Below are positions 28,297 through 41,990 of a stretch of 64,000 nucleotides of DNA, in pieces. The stretch's first letter is position 1, and every line of letters starts with the position of its first letter. A program made the position numbers and the translations under genes. The notes under the pieces are model-generated. The model was given only the letters and a program-made list of their open reading frames with translations, was not told where the DNA came from and made no database searches. Source of the DNA: Cyanophora paradoxa CCMP329 (taxonomy: Eukaryota > Plantae > Glaucophyta); NCBI GenBank assembly GCA_004431415.1, contig QPMI01000533.1:310001-374000 (forward strand), written 5' to 3'.

Positions 28297-31200
28297 TCAT
28301 AAGAGTCGCACGGCGGCCTCAAAGCCTAGGCCTGCTGCGTCGCATGCATCGCTCATCAGCGCGGCGGTCGACAGCAGCTCATCGGAGTCCACCTCGTCCC
28401 CTTCGAATTCCTCGCCCTCGATCTCCTCCTAAAAATTAAAATGGTTCCGTCAGTCAATCGTATATATAGTACTAGTTAGCCAAAGATTCCTATCCGAGAC
28501 TCACTTGAAGCTGCATTGACTCGGTGTCCACAATTGCGGTGTCCGAGTCCAATTGCTCGTACAGAGGGTTGCACTGGACGCGGCGCCATGGCCAGTGAGC
28601 TCGATGGGAGCATCGACAGAGATCTAGAGAAGAGCGCGGGCCCGACCGGGCCGACCTTGTTCACCACCGTGTTGGGTCGGTTCTTCGTCATGATGCCATA
28701 GGAGGACTTGTTCGTGCATGGACAGATCTTGCCGCTGTGCTTGAGCGCGTACCACATGTAGTTGGATCCGCTCGCGCACGCGTTGTCGTCTTCGTACCAG
28801 TCAAGCATCACGTGTCGGCTGGCCTCGGAAACCTTGCCTTCGGAAAGCCCGCAATGGGTGGTTTTGGCCCCCGGCTTCTGGTTCAACAGACTCTCTTCGG
28901 GATTCCACATACAGCACGGCGTCAGTTTCTGGCAGGTACCATCGGGCGCTGCCGGTAGAGGTACCGGTCAACCAACGTACGCGTCGTCACCAAGGAAGAC
29001 ATATCAGTCGAATTTAGAGGCGCACCCTTCCCTGCCAGCACGCGCTGCCACGTGCCGGACCCATCCTTGAAAACGGGGGGGCAGCTGAACCTGCGGACAA
29101 GCAAACGCTTAGTCAGGCTGACGTCGACACGGACATGCCCAGGCTCGGTTTAGAGATGCGAGCGTAGGCGCGCACGGACTGTCGGTTGCGCCATGGACCG
29201 CCGCGGTCTTGCAGCTCGCGTCGCTGTAGCCTTCGACCCGGTCCGGTTTGTAATCGATATCAATTCATGGAAAGCTAAAAACAGAATTTAAACAGAACGC
29301 ACATGTGGCAAACTTTTTGCAGCCGCCCGTGAATGGTTCTTTATAAGATTTGGAAGACTGCGGGCAAACCTGATATATAGGGAATTCGGAATTCGGTAGG
29401 GGGAAACCTCGATATACAGCATATCAATATCACAAGGACGTACGCCGTAGTTATCGTTCTTGGTGAAGAACAAGCTCACGCTGAGCGACAATGTCATTCT
29501 TTACTCAAGATTCAGTTGCGCATGCAGTCAGTCCCCCGGGCTCACCTGGGCGAATTCCAAGGGTAGCTTCGGGCTTCAGCTTTCGAATCCGCGCCAGCGA
29601 AAGAGGTCTCCGACCACGTCCCGATCGTGAAGTCGCCCGAGCAGCTGGGAGAAACCGTGAGCGGCGGACATTCGAATCGCGATCGGAAAGCTGAAGTGCG
29701 GCACTGTGCGGAACGTCCTGCACTCACTTGTCCGACGCGTAGCACTGTGTCGTGTTGGGGACGCATTTCTCAGCCTCATCCTTCACGAATACGCCGCCTT
29801 TGGAAATGGTTTCGTGCGAGCAGCTGTCTCTGTTCGCCGCGGAATGCATCCATGGCCATGAATATGTTAGTATAGACGGTACGGTATACGTAGAGATTAA
29901 CTCGGAAGCGGCGCGTGCGCAACGTGTCGCTGTTCTTTGCAAAGAAGAACTTGCTGTCATCGCAGTCGGCTGATTGTGGAGGTTAGAGTGTACCAGCATG
30001 CGAAACGATTGTATGACTGGAACAAGACTATCGCACGAGACGTGTAGCATTTGGCTGGCTTCATGCACGTAGCGGCCGTCTGGACGTTGCGTGCGGCAGC
30101 AGATAAAGAGCCTTCAGGACATGTGCTGCGCATCCGGTGCGCGCGATCAAGTCGTATACGTAGTAGATATAGACTAATTCGCTCAGCTCTAACCTGAAAT
30201 CGCCGTCTCGGTAGCTGTACGAGAGTGGCTTGCCCGAGCCTGAGCACGCATTGATATCGATATAAATCGGGATCGATATCGATCGATTGAAAAAGCACAT
30301 CAAATTAAATCCCTGAGCGCACAGTCCGAGCTCGCGAAACAAGCCGACTTGTTAGTGAAGCAAGTGTCCCGTGATTCCGAAAAAGAGGCCAGCGTATCGC
30401 ATTTAGAGAAAAGCAAGCGCGCGCTTGGTGGTCGATAGACGTTCAGATCCCTGCCCTAAGCTCGTCAACTGTGCGGACAAAATGTGAAACTTAAGATGCT
30501 TGGGCATTGGCAGGCACCACTCTGTCTTCCACGTCGCGTTGTCCGTGCTGCACAAAGACATTCATGCGATTGCGCAAGAACAAGCGTTAGCTGCAGCTGT
30601 ATACGTAGCGCGCGGCCGTATGCATGGCCAGCTGCAGGCCCTAGGTCCGGGATCCTGCATAAGTAGCTCTTGATAATGAATGAATGCGCACCATCCGAAA
30701 CTCTGCACATTATTACATAAATTTGCAAGGAAGCGCAAGAGGAAGAGGGGGCCGGGGGAGGAGGGGAGGGAGCGGCGCACGTTGTGGCAGCGCGCTAACC
30801 AGTCATCGAAATTTTCGCCTGGAGGGCGTCATCACATGAACCAGGAAAAAGGGGCAGCTTTAAGGGGGAGGCTGGCCATGGGGAGTTCGCGGGGAGAGCT
30901 GGGTTGGAGGGGGAGGGGCGGGGGGGGGGGGGGGGGGGGGAAGGGGATGGAACGGCGGCCCACATTTTGCATTCTCGATGGGGCTCATCATTTGAGCGCT
31001 CGCAGTGCCGGGCGGGCACTTCCAAGCGTAGAGCTTCCCGACGTCGCGAGATTCTGCATCGCGGGAAATCCTTGGCTGGAATTCCTCGCGGGCCTCGCTG
31101 AGGGCGTTGACGGCAGAGCCCGCGCTGCGCATGCGACAGTGTGTCATGCGTATGCTCGTTTTAATTATATAAGTTCTAGCGTAGCGTACACGTAGAAGGC

Positions 31201-32614
31201 TTAATTATATAAGCTTCCACATCTAGAACGATCGCGTTGATTGCGACTCACCAATCCTTCTCAGAATAGCAACGAACGATCTGCCGGCACACAGGCGTGC
31301 GGCCTTCGTTGTAGTCCTTGACCGAAATATAAGCTCCGTCCGCAGCTGCGCTTAGACAGCCGGCACTGTCCTCGAACTCGTGTGAGTTTCATGGGGGCAT
31401 GCGCTGTTTTGAAGCCACCGCGCACCTTGAGGACTTCCAATCAAATTCAGAGGATTCAGAGCAGTGGTTTTGCTTGAAACACTACGTGTACGTATACGGA
31501 GGAGGGGGGTACGGGTGAGGCCCAGGGAGTCGCGGGTGAGAATTGCGCTGACGGCCATACCTGCGCTCCCGCCACGGCCTTCTTGCATTCGGCCGAGCCT
31601 GCTCGGCACATATAAGCATCCTTGAAAGCTGACGAAGCAACGATCTTGATCATATGAATGATAGCAAGCGAACCCGCGTCCTTGTAGGAAAGGAATCCGT
31701 GCGGGCAGCGCTCGCTCGTAAAGACTTGGTCGTCTGTCTCCCCCAGGTGTCGGCTGCCGTATACGTATACACGCCATCATGGCATGGTTATCCACAGATG
31801 AAGAACAGCATCTAGAAGGTACGCCGCGCGCGCACTACGTGGTGAGATTTTCTTGAATCGAGTATTTTCCCGTGCAGTCGGTGTTTTCCCAACATCTGCG
31901 CGTGCGGGCGCGCCCAGCGTCAGGTGCACATGCATATGTCCGCAACAGTCTCCAAAATCACCCCGGGCCCGCGGCGCGCTCACGTCAGCTTCGTAGGGGC
32001 GCAAGGCATTGGTTTTCTGGCATGAACTAAGTCTAAAAAATCGCCGTAGGGTTTGCCGGACTTGTGGTCGCCGGATTTGCAGAACTTTGTCACGTCGGTA
32101 TCTTCTCTGCGATCGCGAGCAAGTGCGAGAGCGCTTCTGTGAGCAAGAGCGGCTGCCATGAATGCTTTGCATGTGTATGTCCACAGCGCACGGATTCCAT
32201 GATTGGTCTCGGGGTGAAAGGTTCTTGCTGCATACAAAGCATGAGATACAATTCCAACCCATGGCTATGCCATGCGTGCGGCCTTTTCACGAACCATTCC
32301 GGATCGGAAAAGCATTTCGCGGTTACCGGATACACTCTCAGCGAAACAGGCGTACCGAGGTATAAGCCGGCTATGTCCAAGATCGACAAGGATCCCTCAA
32401 ATTCAGCTTTCATATAAAGGTTGAATATGTCTTGCCCGTCTACAAGCCCTTTACTAGTCAAGTCTGCGACAGCCTCCTCTAAGATTTGCTCCAGCTCCGG
32501 ACGCATGTTTACGTTCGTGGCTAGCTCAGTGGCTATAGCGCTGCGCGTTGCGCGGATGCAGCTGCAGGTGCGGTCAAGCGCGAAGCTTGAGCTCGGGCAC
32601 AAAGTACGACACAC
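28297..32614 (-). other. Probable multi-exon Cys-rich host gene, structure unresolved
   Basis: Exon-like fragments with KCPPGTASAQ, TCPEGSLSA, Cys-rich segments and an acidic final exon. Confidence 0.3.
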
Positions 32615-32971
32615 ACACTATGACAGGCCTAGGCTGTCCCACAGCCCTGGCAGGCTGTGGCAGCTGCACAACCTGCACTGCGGCAGTGCAGATGATGCAG
32701 CAGATATCTCGGTGGCTGCAATTGCAAGCGCCGCGGCGTCTACGTATACGTACTACGGACAGTCCACGGTAGACGTACTAGTAGTCTAGTACGTGCGCCG
32801 CTCACTACAGCGCCGCTCACTAGCTGAGTCCGAGTCGGACCGACTCGGACGTCAGCGGCTGGCAGCCCGGGCCGGCTGCCCGCCGGTGCCCGGCCTAGCT
32901 ACTTACTAGCTTATATATGATAGCCAACTTGGCAAAGTTAGTACTACGGTAGTAGCCTTACTAGCCTAGTA

Positions 32972-33190
32972 CTGTACGTAGGACGGCTTTTTTAGCCGTA
33001 GTTTTAAATTGCCGTATATTGCCGAGAGGCCGAATTCGGCAGTGGCAATATTTAGGGGGTAGTGCTAAACGGCCGCTTTTGTCTGGCGCCATAGAAGAAA
33101 TCCAGAGTTTCGGCAATTTATCACCACGGCAATTTCAGTTTTGGGCGAATTCGGCAATCTTTCACCTCGGCAATTTAAGCCGTCCTACAG
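32972..33190. mobile_element. MITE copy 1
   Basis: TIR GTAGGACGGCTT / AAGCCGTCCTAC(AG); internal CGGCAATT repeats; similar to copies 2 and 3. Confidence 0.75.
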
Positions 33191-33524
33191 GCTACAGTAG
33201 CCATATTTTTCTGTATTACGTAATACGACCTCGACGGGCCGACGACCGTCGGACGGGCCGTTGACGTCGACGCCGTGACGGGCCTACCGTACTGACGGCC
33301 GGTCTCACACGGTCAAGTACGTAATACGTACGTGACTGTACGTCAGCCGTGCTCGAAAAAAGTTGACTTTTGTCTTTCAGCACCGAGAAAGAGCCCTCAC
33401 GAGTCAAAGCGGTGTATATCGGGTATCACAGAGTCACCGGTACCGAGAAAGAGCCTTAATTCGCGGTACCAACCGACGCAACATTAACTTAGTAACCGTG
33501 CACGTGCACCGTGCCACCGTGCCA

Positions 33525-33860
33525 CCGGCCTTCGGCGGCCTAGGCCTAGGCCTCCGGGCCGCCGGGCCTCCGAGGCTCCGGCCGCCGGCCCGGCGCCGGG
33601 CGGCCCGCCGGGCCCCGCCCCGGCCGCGGCCCCGGCCGGGCCGGCCCCCGGCCCCGGCCCCGGCCCCCGGGCGGCCGGGCCCCGGCCCGGCGGCCCCGGG
33701 CCCGCCGGCCCGGCGGGCCCCGGGCGGCCGGGCCCCGGCCCCCAGGGCCCAGCCTGGCAGCCGTCCAGGCCCCCGCCGGCGCCGCCGCCGGCCCGGCGCC
33801 GGGCCGCCGCCGCCGGCCCGCCGGGGCGCCGGCCGCCGGGCCCGCGGGCCCGCGGCCGGT
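33525..33860. repeat. Almost pure G+C low-complexity (GGCC/CCGG) tract
   Basis: Read directly; lies between the two MITEs. Confidence 0.8.
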
Positions 33861-33892
33861 ACCGTTACTACCGTACTACGGTAATAACGGTA

Positions 33893-34136
33893 CTGTGGGA
33901 TGGCTTTTTTAGCCGTACTTTTAAATTGCCGTATATTGCCGAGACGCCAAATTCGGCAATTTAGAGCCGCGGCAATTCTCAGGGGGTAGGGCTAAATTTT
34001 TTTAAAACGGCCGCTTTTGTATGGCGCCATAGAAAAGAAATCCAGAGTTTCGGCAATTTATCGCCACGGCAATTCCGGTTTTGGCCGAATTCGGCAATTT
34101 AACTACACGGCAATTGCAATTTAAGCCATCCTACAG
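33893..34136. mobile_element. MITE copy 2 with TA target-site duplication (Tc1/mariner-type)
   Basis: TA|CTGTGGGATGGCTT ... AAGCCATCCTACAG|TA. Confidence 0.85.
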
Positions 34137-35614
34137 TATACGTACCACTGTACTACTACGGTACGGTATACCGTAGTACCGTATACGTAGTACGTAACTG
34201 TCACGCGGCGTAGACTCCGCAGTACCGTAGTACATCACTGTGCATGCCATGATTTGCAGGGAAATTGCAGCTCCGACTCGCCGAGTCGGCGAGTCCGTGC
34301 AAGCTTGCAATAGCGAATTATTTGCGATCGACATCGCGCATGCGCACCCCAAGTTCCCCAACCTGGCAATCTAGCTACCCATAATCTCCCCTTGCCAAGT
34401 TACCAAGTTGGACCGAGTCCGCGCGCGCGCTGCAGCATGACAACGGAGGCCAAGAGAGCCGAGTGCTTCATCAGCGAAGACTGGTGCGCGCGCGCCTGCA
34501 GCTGCCCCGGCCCCAGCTCGCGGCACTTGCGCAGCTCACGCACGCGCCGCGCGCGGCGCCGCCGGCCGGCGCAGCTCGGGGAAGCCATCGTGGGAAGGTG
34601 AAATACCGAGCGATGCAGAGTGCGAGCTCGAGCTTATCTCAGAATGCATATACATATGCGTACATATGCATATGCATATTGGGCGCGCGCACTGAAACTC
34701 CGGATCCTGCTTCGCATGCGTAGGGAATCTGCCAGGGATCCAAATCAGTTCTGCCCGAACCCCGCGTTCCAGTCTGGACGGATTGTCGGCGAGAAATGCG
34801 TAAACCTCAGCAGAGAGCCCTTGAAGCTCACGTGCGCGTGCGATTGTCAATAATCCCGCGGGCCGATCATGACCACGGCCGCGCGTTAACGTTGACGTTA
34901 CGTGAACATGTCAGATGCTACGCGACGCCTAATTGCGGCGGCCGGCTCATCACGCGCGAGTTCGAAGAGTATCCAGCGTAGTGCGTCCTTTTGGGGGTTT
35001 TGGACTTTTTTTAAAAACAATTGCCGTGCTGACTCGGTAGCTTGCCAGCCGAAGCGCAGGGGAGACGGACAAGGAACTTTTTGAGGGCGAACGTTGCCCG
35101 AAAGGATGGGGCGGATACAAGGACACCTCATCGCTGAATTACTGCGCGCCGACCGTCGCTGGGGTGAAGGTGTGATGCCGAATTCTTTGTGCGGAACCCT
35201 AAAGCAAAAGAATCAATTTTGCTAACTCATGATCATGATCGGATCATGAATTCATGATTACTAATACACAACAATATTCAGTGCTTTCGCGACCCGGCGT
35301 GCTCGGGCAGTGATTTCGTTTGGAAGCACAGCTCGTGCGTTTCTTGCAATTGTCGGGAGACCATCGAATATTAATACTCGCAATCCGGAACTCATTCATC
35401 AACTCGCAGAGCGGCGTGTGCCGAGGCCGGCAGCGAGTTCCTCTGGTCGGTCGATTACACGGAAGGCCAGAACGCGCTTTGCAAGCAGCTCGTCCGCTGC
35501 TTCGCAAGCGCGAAATGGTGAGCGCTCGCGCGTGCACAGTTGGCTTGAACGTTGTATTGACGTCGGTACCGGCGCCCGATCGCGAGCAGCACTGGATCCA
35601 GTGTCCTGTCGAAG

Positions 35615-36276
35615 ATGAAGGGCTCCGCCGACTCTCTCAAGGCCCAGTCGTGCCCGGAGGGCAGTCTGAGTGCCCAAGTGCCCGGCACCTCCGTCTGCAA
35701 GCAGCTCGCCACTTGCTTCAAAGGGAAGGACTGGCGAGCCTACCCCCCCCCCCCCCCCCCCCCCCCCCGCTCCTCTGATCACAAAGATCTAGACGCCGTC
35801 ATTTTGATGTGCCGAACGTGCAGCACGGGTGACAAGATCCAAGCGAGGCTGTTTGCCTCCGCCGACACCATCGACGGTTCCGCCTGCTCGACGGCCAAGA
35901 AGGCCTTCCAAAGCGTCCGCGTGCCCGGCTCGTCCGCCTGCAAGAATCTGGGAGAAGTTAGCAACACGGTTCGTCTCGTGCACGTTCACGTGAACTGCGC
36001 ACGAAATTACGCGCCCGCGCTCAAGCAGTATTAATTTCTGTGCAGGACGAGGACAGCGAAGACTCTGCCGAAATCGACGAGATTAATATTGATCACGAAG
36101 CTGACATCGCTCATGACATGTTTGGCATCGATATCGCCGAGACCTTGGTGCGCGAAGTCGGAAGCCTAGGGCGCAGGGCTCTGCTGATCATGATCATGGT
36201 ATATTCACGCACACGCGTACGCCTGCATGCGCAGACGCTGGACGGTTTTGAAGCCATTTGCGATGCGCTTGCTTAA
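35615..36276 (+). other. Exons of a Cys-rich host gene related to 28.3-32.6 kb
   Basis: SCPEGSLSAQ, several Cys, acidic exon, ends GFEAICDALA. Confidence 0.3.
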
Positions 36277-37470
36277 GTATCTCCCCTATCTGAGCGAGCC
36301 AAAGGACCCCTCCCTGGCCTGGCTGCCTGGCCCGAATCCAAATGCATCCCCAGTCCCCCGGGCCCTGCGCATGCCAGGGGTCCCTTTTCATGATCTGCGC
36401 GAAATGAGATGTGGGTTGAGAACCTTAATACAGTGTTGGTGTTTTCTACACCAGTGTCATCAGTTTCCTCTACGATACATTCATGAATTATATGTATATA
36501 AGACGCTTAAATCGAACTCAATTTCAACAACAACCTCGGAGCCTCGGAGTTCAGAGCACAGAGTGGGAACATGCCCTTTTCAAATGGAGAGGGGATCCCG
36601 GAGGTTCTGCCAAGGTGCACGTGGTTGCCGCCTTCACCAGCGGAAATGAGGCCGCCTGCGAGACGTCGCCGAGTCGACGCATTTTGTTTTTGGAAGTCTG
36701 CTGCATTCGTACATGTACACACTTGACAGCAGTCACTAAGTCCCCCGCTCCGCGCCTATACCGGATACTGGGACGCCAAGCTAAGGGCGGGAGGATAAGG
36801 GCGAAATCGGATCTACAGCTTGTTGTCGTAGTCGAGCTGTGGCTGAAGCTGTAGCCGTCCAGATCACCCCCAGCCCGGCAGAACATAATATGCGCCGGTC
36901 TTCGAGTAGGGCGCGTGGATACTGGGAAGCCTAGCTACACTGAGGAAAAAGGGCGAGCTCGGTTCCACGGCTTGCTGTCGTAGTCGAGCTGAAGCTGCCC
37001 CCAGCACATAATATGCGCCGGTCCGCAAGTAGGAGGCGTGGGCACGCTGAGCTACACGGTCCTAGATGCCCTCTTGCTGGGTTTTAAAGCGTGGCCATGC
37101 ATGGCCGCGGGTTGCTCGCGGGGGAGGGAGATAGAGAGAGAGGGGAACTTCGGAAGAGGTGGGAGGGTAGGTTTGAATGCGGTCGTTGGGTCTTAAGATT
37201 TTAAACACGGGGGCGACCCCCCAGCGCGCGGGGGCCCGAGCTCGAGCTATAACGCCGGCGCCCCGGATACCGGCATGTGCACTACGCCCGGGTGTGCACG
37301 TGCTCTCCTAACGCCCCGGCGCCGGCGCAGGGTCGGCGGCCGAGCAGTGCATGTGCACGCGCGCATGCAGGCGCGCATGAAATTCGAAGAGCTTGACTTG
37401 AATGAAAGACGGGGCGGGCCCCGCAAGAGAGGCCCGGGGGCGGGGGCGGGAGCGGGGGCGGGGGCGGGGG

Positions 37471-40400
37471 CTAGCAGTACTGGACGCGGACGCAGAGGCA
37501 GTCCTCGCTCTTGTCCTCCGCGTCGTTCACGAAGACGTGCACCTCCTCCACCCGCGGCACCGACTGCCCCCGCGTAGGGTTTGCAGCGGCGGGCGGGGGG
37601 GCGGGTGGGGGGGCGAGGCTCGGACCTGCGGGAGGAGGCGCAGGCCGATGTACGCCGCGCCAAACGGCTCCAGGTCGAGCCTGGCCCCGGGCCCCGGCCC
37701 GGATCAGCGGGCGGGTCCGGGGTCCGGGGCGAGGGCCGCGGTACCGGGTGTCCCGGAACTGGACGAGGTGGGGGTGGCTGGTCCGCAGCACGAAGGCCTT
37801 GCGCTCGCCGTAGGGGTTCTTGAACGATATTTTCTGCGCCCGCCGCTCGCCGCCGGGGGGGAACGCGCGGCGGACGAAGGGGGGGCGGACCTTGTTGCAG
37901 GCGATGCCGGAGGGTACAGCGACCTCGAAGGTCTTGCCTGCGCCGGCCGCTCGCCCCCGGGGCGCGGAGCGGGGGCCGGGGAGGGGTACAGGGCCGCACC
38001 GACGTAGGGGGGGCGAGCGTTGGTCTCGACAAGCCACGCGCCGACGAGCTCCCGAACCGCGACGTCTGCGGGGCGGCCCGCTCGGCGGGTCCCCGGGGGG
38101 TACGGGAGGGCGAGGGGGGTACCGACGACGTGGAGGAGGACGTCGGCGGGCCCGACGCGGAGGGGGCGGTACGCCATCGAGAGCTCGTTGACGCTGCGGC
38201 GAAAGTGGGCGGGGGAGGGGGGTACAAGTGCCGGGGAGCGGCGGACCTGCCGGGGACGAGGGCGAAGGGGGCGGAGGGCTGGACCTGCACCAGGTCCGGG
38301 TTCGAGGAGTGGACCTGCGGGGGTACACGTGAGTGGGGGGCAGGCAAGGGAGGGCCGGTGGGGGGTACGAGCCTGGACGGTGCGCGGGGCGGCGGCGGCG
38401 GGGATGAAGAGCGAGGCGCGGTGCGTCTGCGGGGCCGGTCAGCGTACCCCTCGCCCCTGGGGCGGGGTACGCGCCTGGCCGACGGGGGAGGAGACGTCCA
38501 TCGAGTGGAGGGTCGAGACGAAGACCTGCCACACCTGTACCCCCGCCCAGCCCCATGAGCCGGGCCGCGCGCGGGGACGGGCGGGGCGGGGCGGGGCAGG
38601 GCGGGCCTCGTGGAGGAACGAGTGGGCGGCGTCGTGGTAGACGAGGAGGAAGAAGCGGCCGACGTGGGGCCAGCTCCCGCACCGGTACTTCACGAACACG
38701 TCCTGCCCGCCCCGGCGTCAGGAGGCGGCGGGGCGGGGGGTGCAGGGCGGGGCGCCCGGCTCGCCTGGCGCTTGGCGCCGTTCTCGGTGCGGACGACGAC
38801 GTTGGCGTGGGAGCAGCGGACGTGCTTGTAGCCGCGGCCCGCCGGGTCGAGCGCCGCCAGCACCTGCTCCGCCGGCGTCGACGCCGCCGTCACCTCGATC
38901 CCCAGCCGCGTCTGTCCGCCGCCCCCGTCAGCGCGCTGGGGTACAGGGTACAGGGATGCCGAGTGGAAGGGGCTACCTTGAAGAAGTCGTTCTCGGGGTG
39001 GTGGAAGCGGAAGGTGCGGTCGGGGGCGAAGGGCTGCCGGCGCGTCAGGGGGGGAGGGGGGGGGAAGGGGCGGGGGGTACGGGGCGGGGACCTGGGGGGC
39101 TACGTGGACGCGGACGACGTAGACGAGGCGGCCGGCGCGGTTGTAGAAGGAGACGTCCGTCCGGCGCGGGCGGATCGGCTCGTCGGGGCCCTCCTCCCCG
39201 CCCCGCTCCTGCCGCACCCGCGGCGTCGCCTCCTCGCCGCCCGCCGCGCCGTCGCCCAGCATCGCCGCCCGCAGCGTCCCGCAGCTGAAGCTCTGGAAGA
39301 CGAACGGCACGTACACCGTCTCCCGCGCGTGCACCAGCAGCTGCGGGGGGTACCCCGTCAGGTTGGAGGGGGGAAGAAGCGGAGCGGGGGGTACCTCGTT
39401 GTGCTCGGAGACGAGGTCGTCCTCGAGCGGCGTCGTGAGCCCGCGCACGCGCTTGTGGGCCCGCCACTCCCTCGTGTCCCGCACGATCCTGTACCCCCCG
39501 GGGGCCGTCGGCCGCGGCCGGGCGGGGGGAGGGAGTACCCCCCGCACCGAAGATCGGGGTCGTCGAAGGAGATGATGAAGCAGTCGTCGTGGGGGTACGG
39601 GTTCACGAACGCAATCTCGAAGAAGCTGCGCGGAGGGGGTACGGCGATCGCTTCGCGGCGCGGGGACCGCAGCCTCGAGGGGTACGGACCAGGTGCGACC
39701 GAAGGAGGGGTAGATGGTGTGGACGGTGGTGAGGCTCTGCATGAGCATGTCCTGGATCACCTGCTTCTTCCGCCTGCGCCCCGCCCCGCCGCGCCGCGCC
39801 GCTCAGCCGCGTCGGCGACTCGCACAAAGCATCGGGCGGGCGGTGCGCACCGCTCGCGCCAGTTCTGGATCGCGCGCAGGTTCCGCTCCCGCTGGCGGAT
39901 TTCCTGCTCCCGCGCCATAGGCCGCCTCTCCACCCCCGACCTGCGCGGAGCCCGTCCTTCAGACCCCGCCGGCCCGCGCCCCTTCCCCCCCTCCGGGATC
40001 GACGTACCCCTCCGAGTCGGCGTAGCGCGACTCCTCCTCGCGGATCGCGTCGGCGAGCTCCCGGTCGCTCTCCTAAACGACGCGGGTTCGAATCCCGGCG
40101 ATGAAGTTCGGAGCGGAGAGGGGGCGGGCGGGCAGACCTTGACGGGGCGCGCGCGGTGCGTGCGGACGCGCCCGGGCTCCGTGGGGACCTCCGTCCCGAG
40201 GCGAGAGACCGGAATAACGGCCAGCGAGGAGCGCACGCGGGGCGCGACGGGCGCCGGCCGCCCCTCCGCATCCTTCGCCGGCCTGGGGCCCTCTGCGCCC
40301 CCGCGGATCAGAGAATGAATGACTAAGTAAAGAGAGCCGGCGCCGCGGACGGACCGCTCATGTGGCCCTCGTTGGAGATGCGGAGCTGCAGGCGGCCGCG

Positions 40401-41990
40401 GGCCTGCGGGGCGCCGTGCGCCTTGTACACGGGCCCCGGCGTCGCGTTGACGCCCCCGGGCCGCAGCGGCGTGCTGCGCGCCGACAGCCCGTCCTCCTCC
40501 TCCGGCGGCGGGCCGTACGGCGTGTGCACGATCTCGAACTCTGCCGGCGCGCCGTCAGCTGCAGGGGCGCCCGGAGCATCGCGGTACCCCCCTGCGGACC
40601 CTGCGTGATCTGTACCGCCTCCTTGTGCTTGCGCATGAGCGACTTGAGCGGGATGCGGACGGTGCCTGCCCCCGCCGGCGTCGGTCGGGAGGGAGGGAGG
40701 GGTACGAGGTCTCGGGGCCGAGGGGAGGGGTACCGATAAGGAAGAGCGAAGTGGCGTCCCACACGTCAATCTCGAGGGCCTTGTCCCGCAGGTACTGCGA
40801 AGGGGGTTACGACGTTAGGTTCAGCGGGCGGGAGAAAGATTGGAGAAAGGGGGTACCTCGGCGAAGACGCGGCACTCGTCCGCGCGCGCGAACTTGAGCA
40901 GGTCGACCTGCGGCCGCGGGTTCGATTCCGGGCGGGAACCGTTTCGAAGAGGATAGGGGTACGGCGCGCCTTGTACTTGATGGGGAGGCCCGGGCCGCCG
41001 CTGTTCTCCTGCTCGGCCGAGCGGACCAGGATGCGCGGCGCCGTGGGCGGCGCCGAGGCCGCCGGCTTGGCCAGCATCAGGGGCTCCGTGACCACTGGGG
41101 CGTAGTGGTAGAACTGCAGGGCGGACCAGCGTCACGCAGCGGCGCGGCCGGCGGAAAGGGGCCCGCGCGGGTTCGAACCTGGAACGTGAAGTAGACGGAC
41201 TAGGGGGCGTTGCTGTGGGCGGGGGGGGCGAGCGCGAGGAAGTGGATCGTGATGTCGTTCCTCTGCGGGGTACCGGTTTGTCCCCGGGGTACCGGAGTAG
41301 GGTTTACTCGGGGGTACGCGGACCTGCCGGGGATCGTTCTCCTCGAGGAGCACGTCAGCAGTGCGGGGGCTCCGCGGGTACTCGGATCTGCGGACGAGAA
41401 GGGACGTGAGGGGCGGCGGGGAGGCGGTCGGGAAGGCGGGGCACGCATTACGCGGAGGGCGGCGATGGGGTGGCGGGCGACGGCGCCGGCGCCCTCCTCG
41501 TCCTCGGGGGGCGCCTCCCCCGCGTCGGTCAGGCCAGCCTTCCACAGGCGCGCCCGGCCCGCCCGCGTCAGCGCCCCCGCCTGGCCCCCGGCCTCTGCCC
41601 CCGCCCGCCCTCAGCGCGGGCGGCCGCGGCGGAGCGCGGGCCCGGGACGGGTACGGCGCACGGTCGGAGACGAACGCGGCCTCGGGGATCGAAGCGTAGA
41701 GGCGGGAGCCGTCGAGGGACATCGAAGCCGTCAGCTCCGTCTCCTCGGGGTCCCTGCACCGGCGTCGGGCGGGGGCGGGGCGGCGGGCGGGGCGGGCGCA
41801 CGTCTGGGTGCCGGTCTCCTCCAGGTCGACCTTGCGGGCGGGCACGAGCGGCCGCATCGCCTCCCACACGCGCCCGCCCTCCGCCGGCGGCGCTGGCGCA
41901 GGGGCTGGAGCGGCGAGGGGCTCGTTGGCGAGTGCCGGCGCCAGGGCGGGCGGGGAGGGCGGCGCGGCGGCCTTAACCGGAGGCGCCGCG
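37471..41990 (-). CDS. NPHP4: Nephrocystin-4 (ciliary transition zone), multi-exon, C-terminal part only; copy 1
   Basis: Exons RNDITIHFLA, LEIDVWDATSLFLIG, GRLQLRISNEGH, TTVHTIYPSFG/FFEIAFVNPY, WQVFVSTLHSMDVS, KISFKNPY, EVHVFVNDAEDKSEDCLCVRVQY*, colinear with known NPHP4. Confidence 0.88.

Noticed and set aside
36815-37045. Short imperfect direct repeats (also 46110-46220, 50615-50690, 57700-57860)
   Set aside because: Two-copy local duplications with no further structure.
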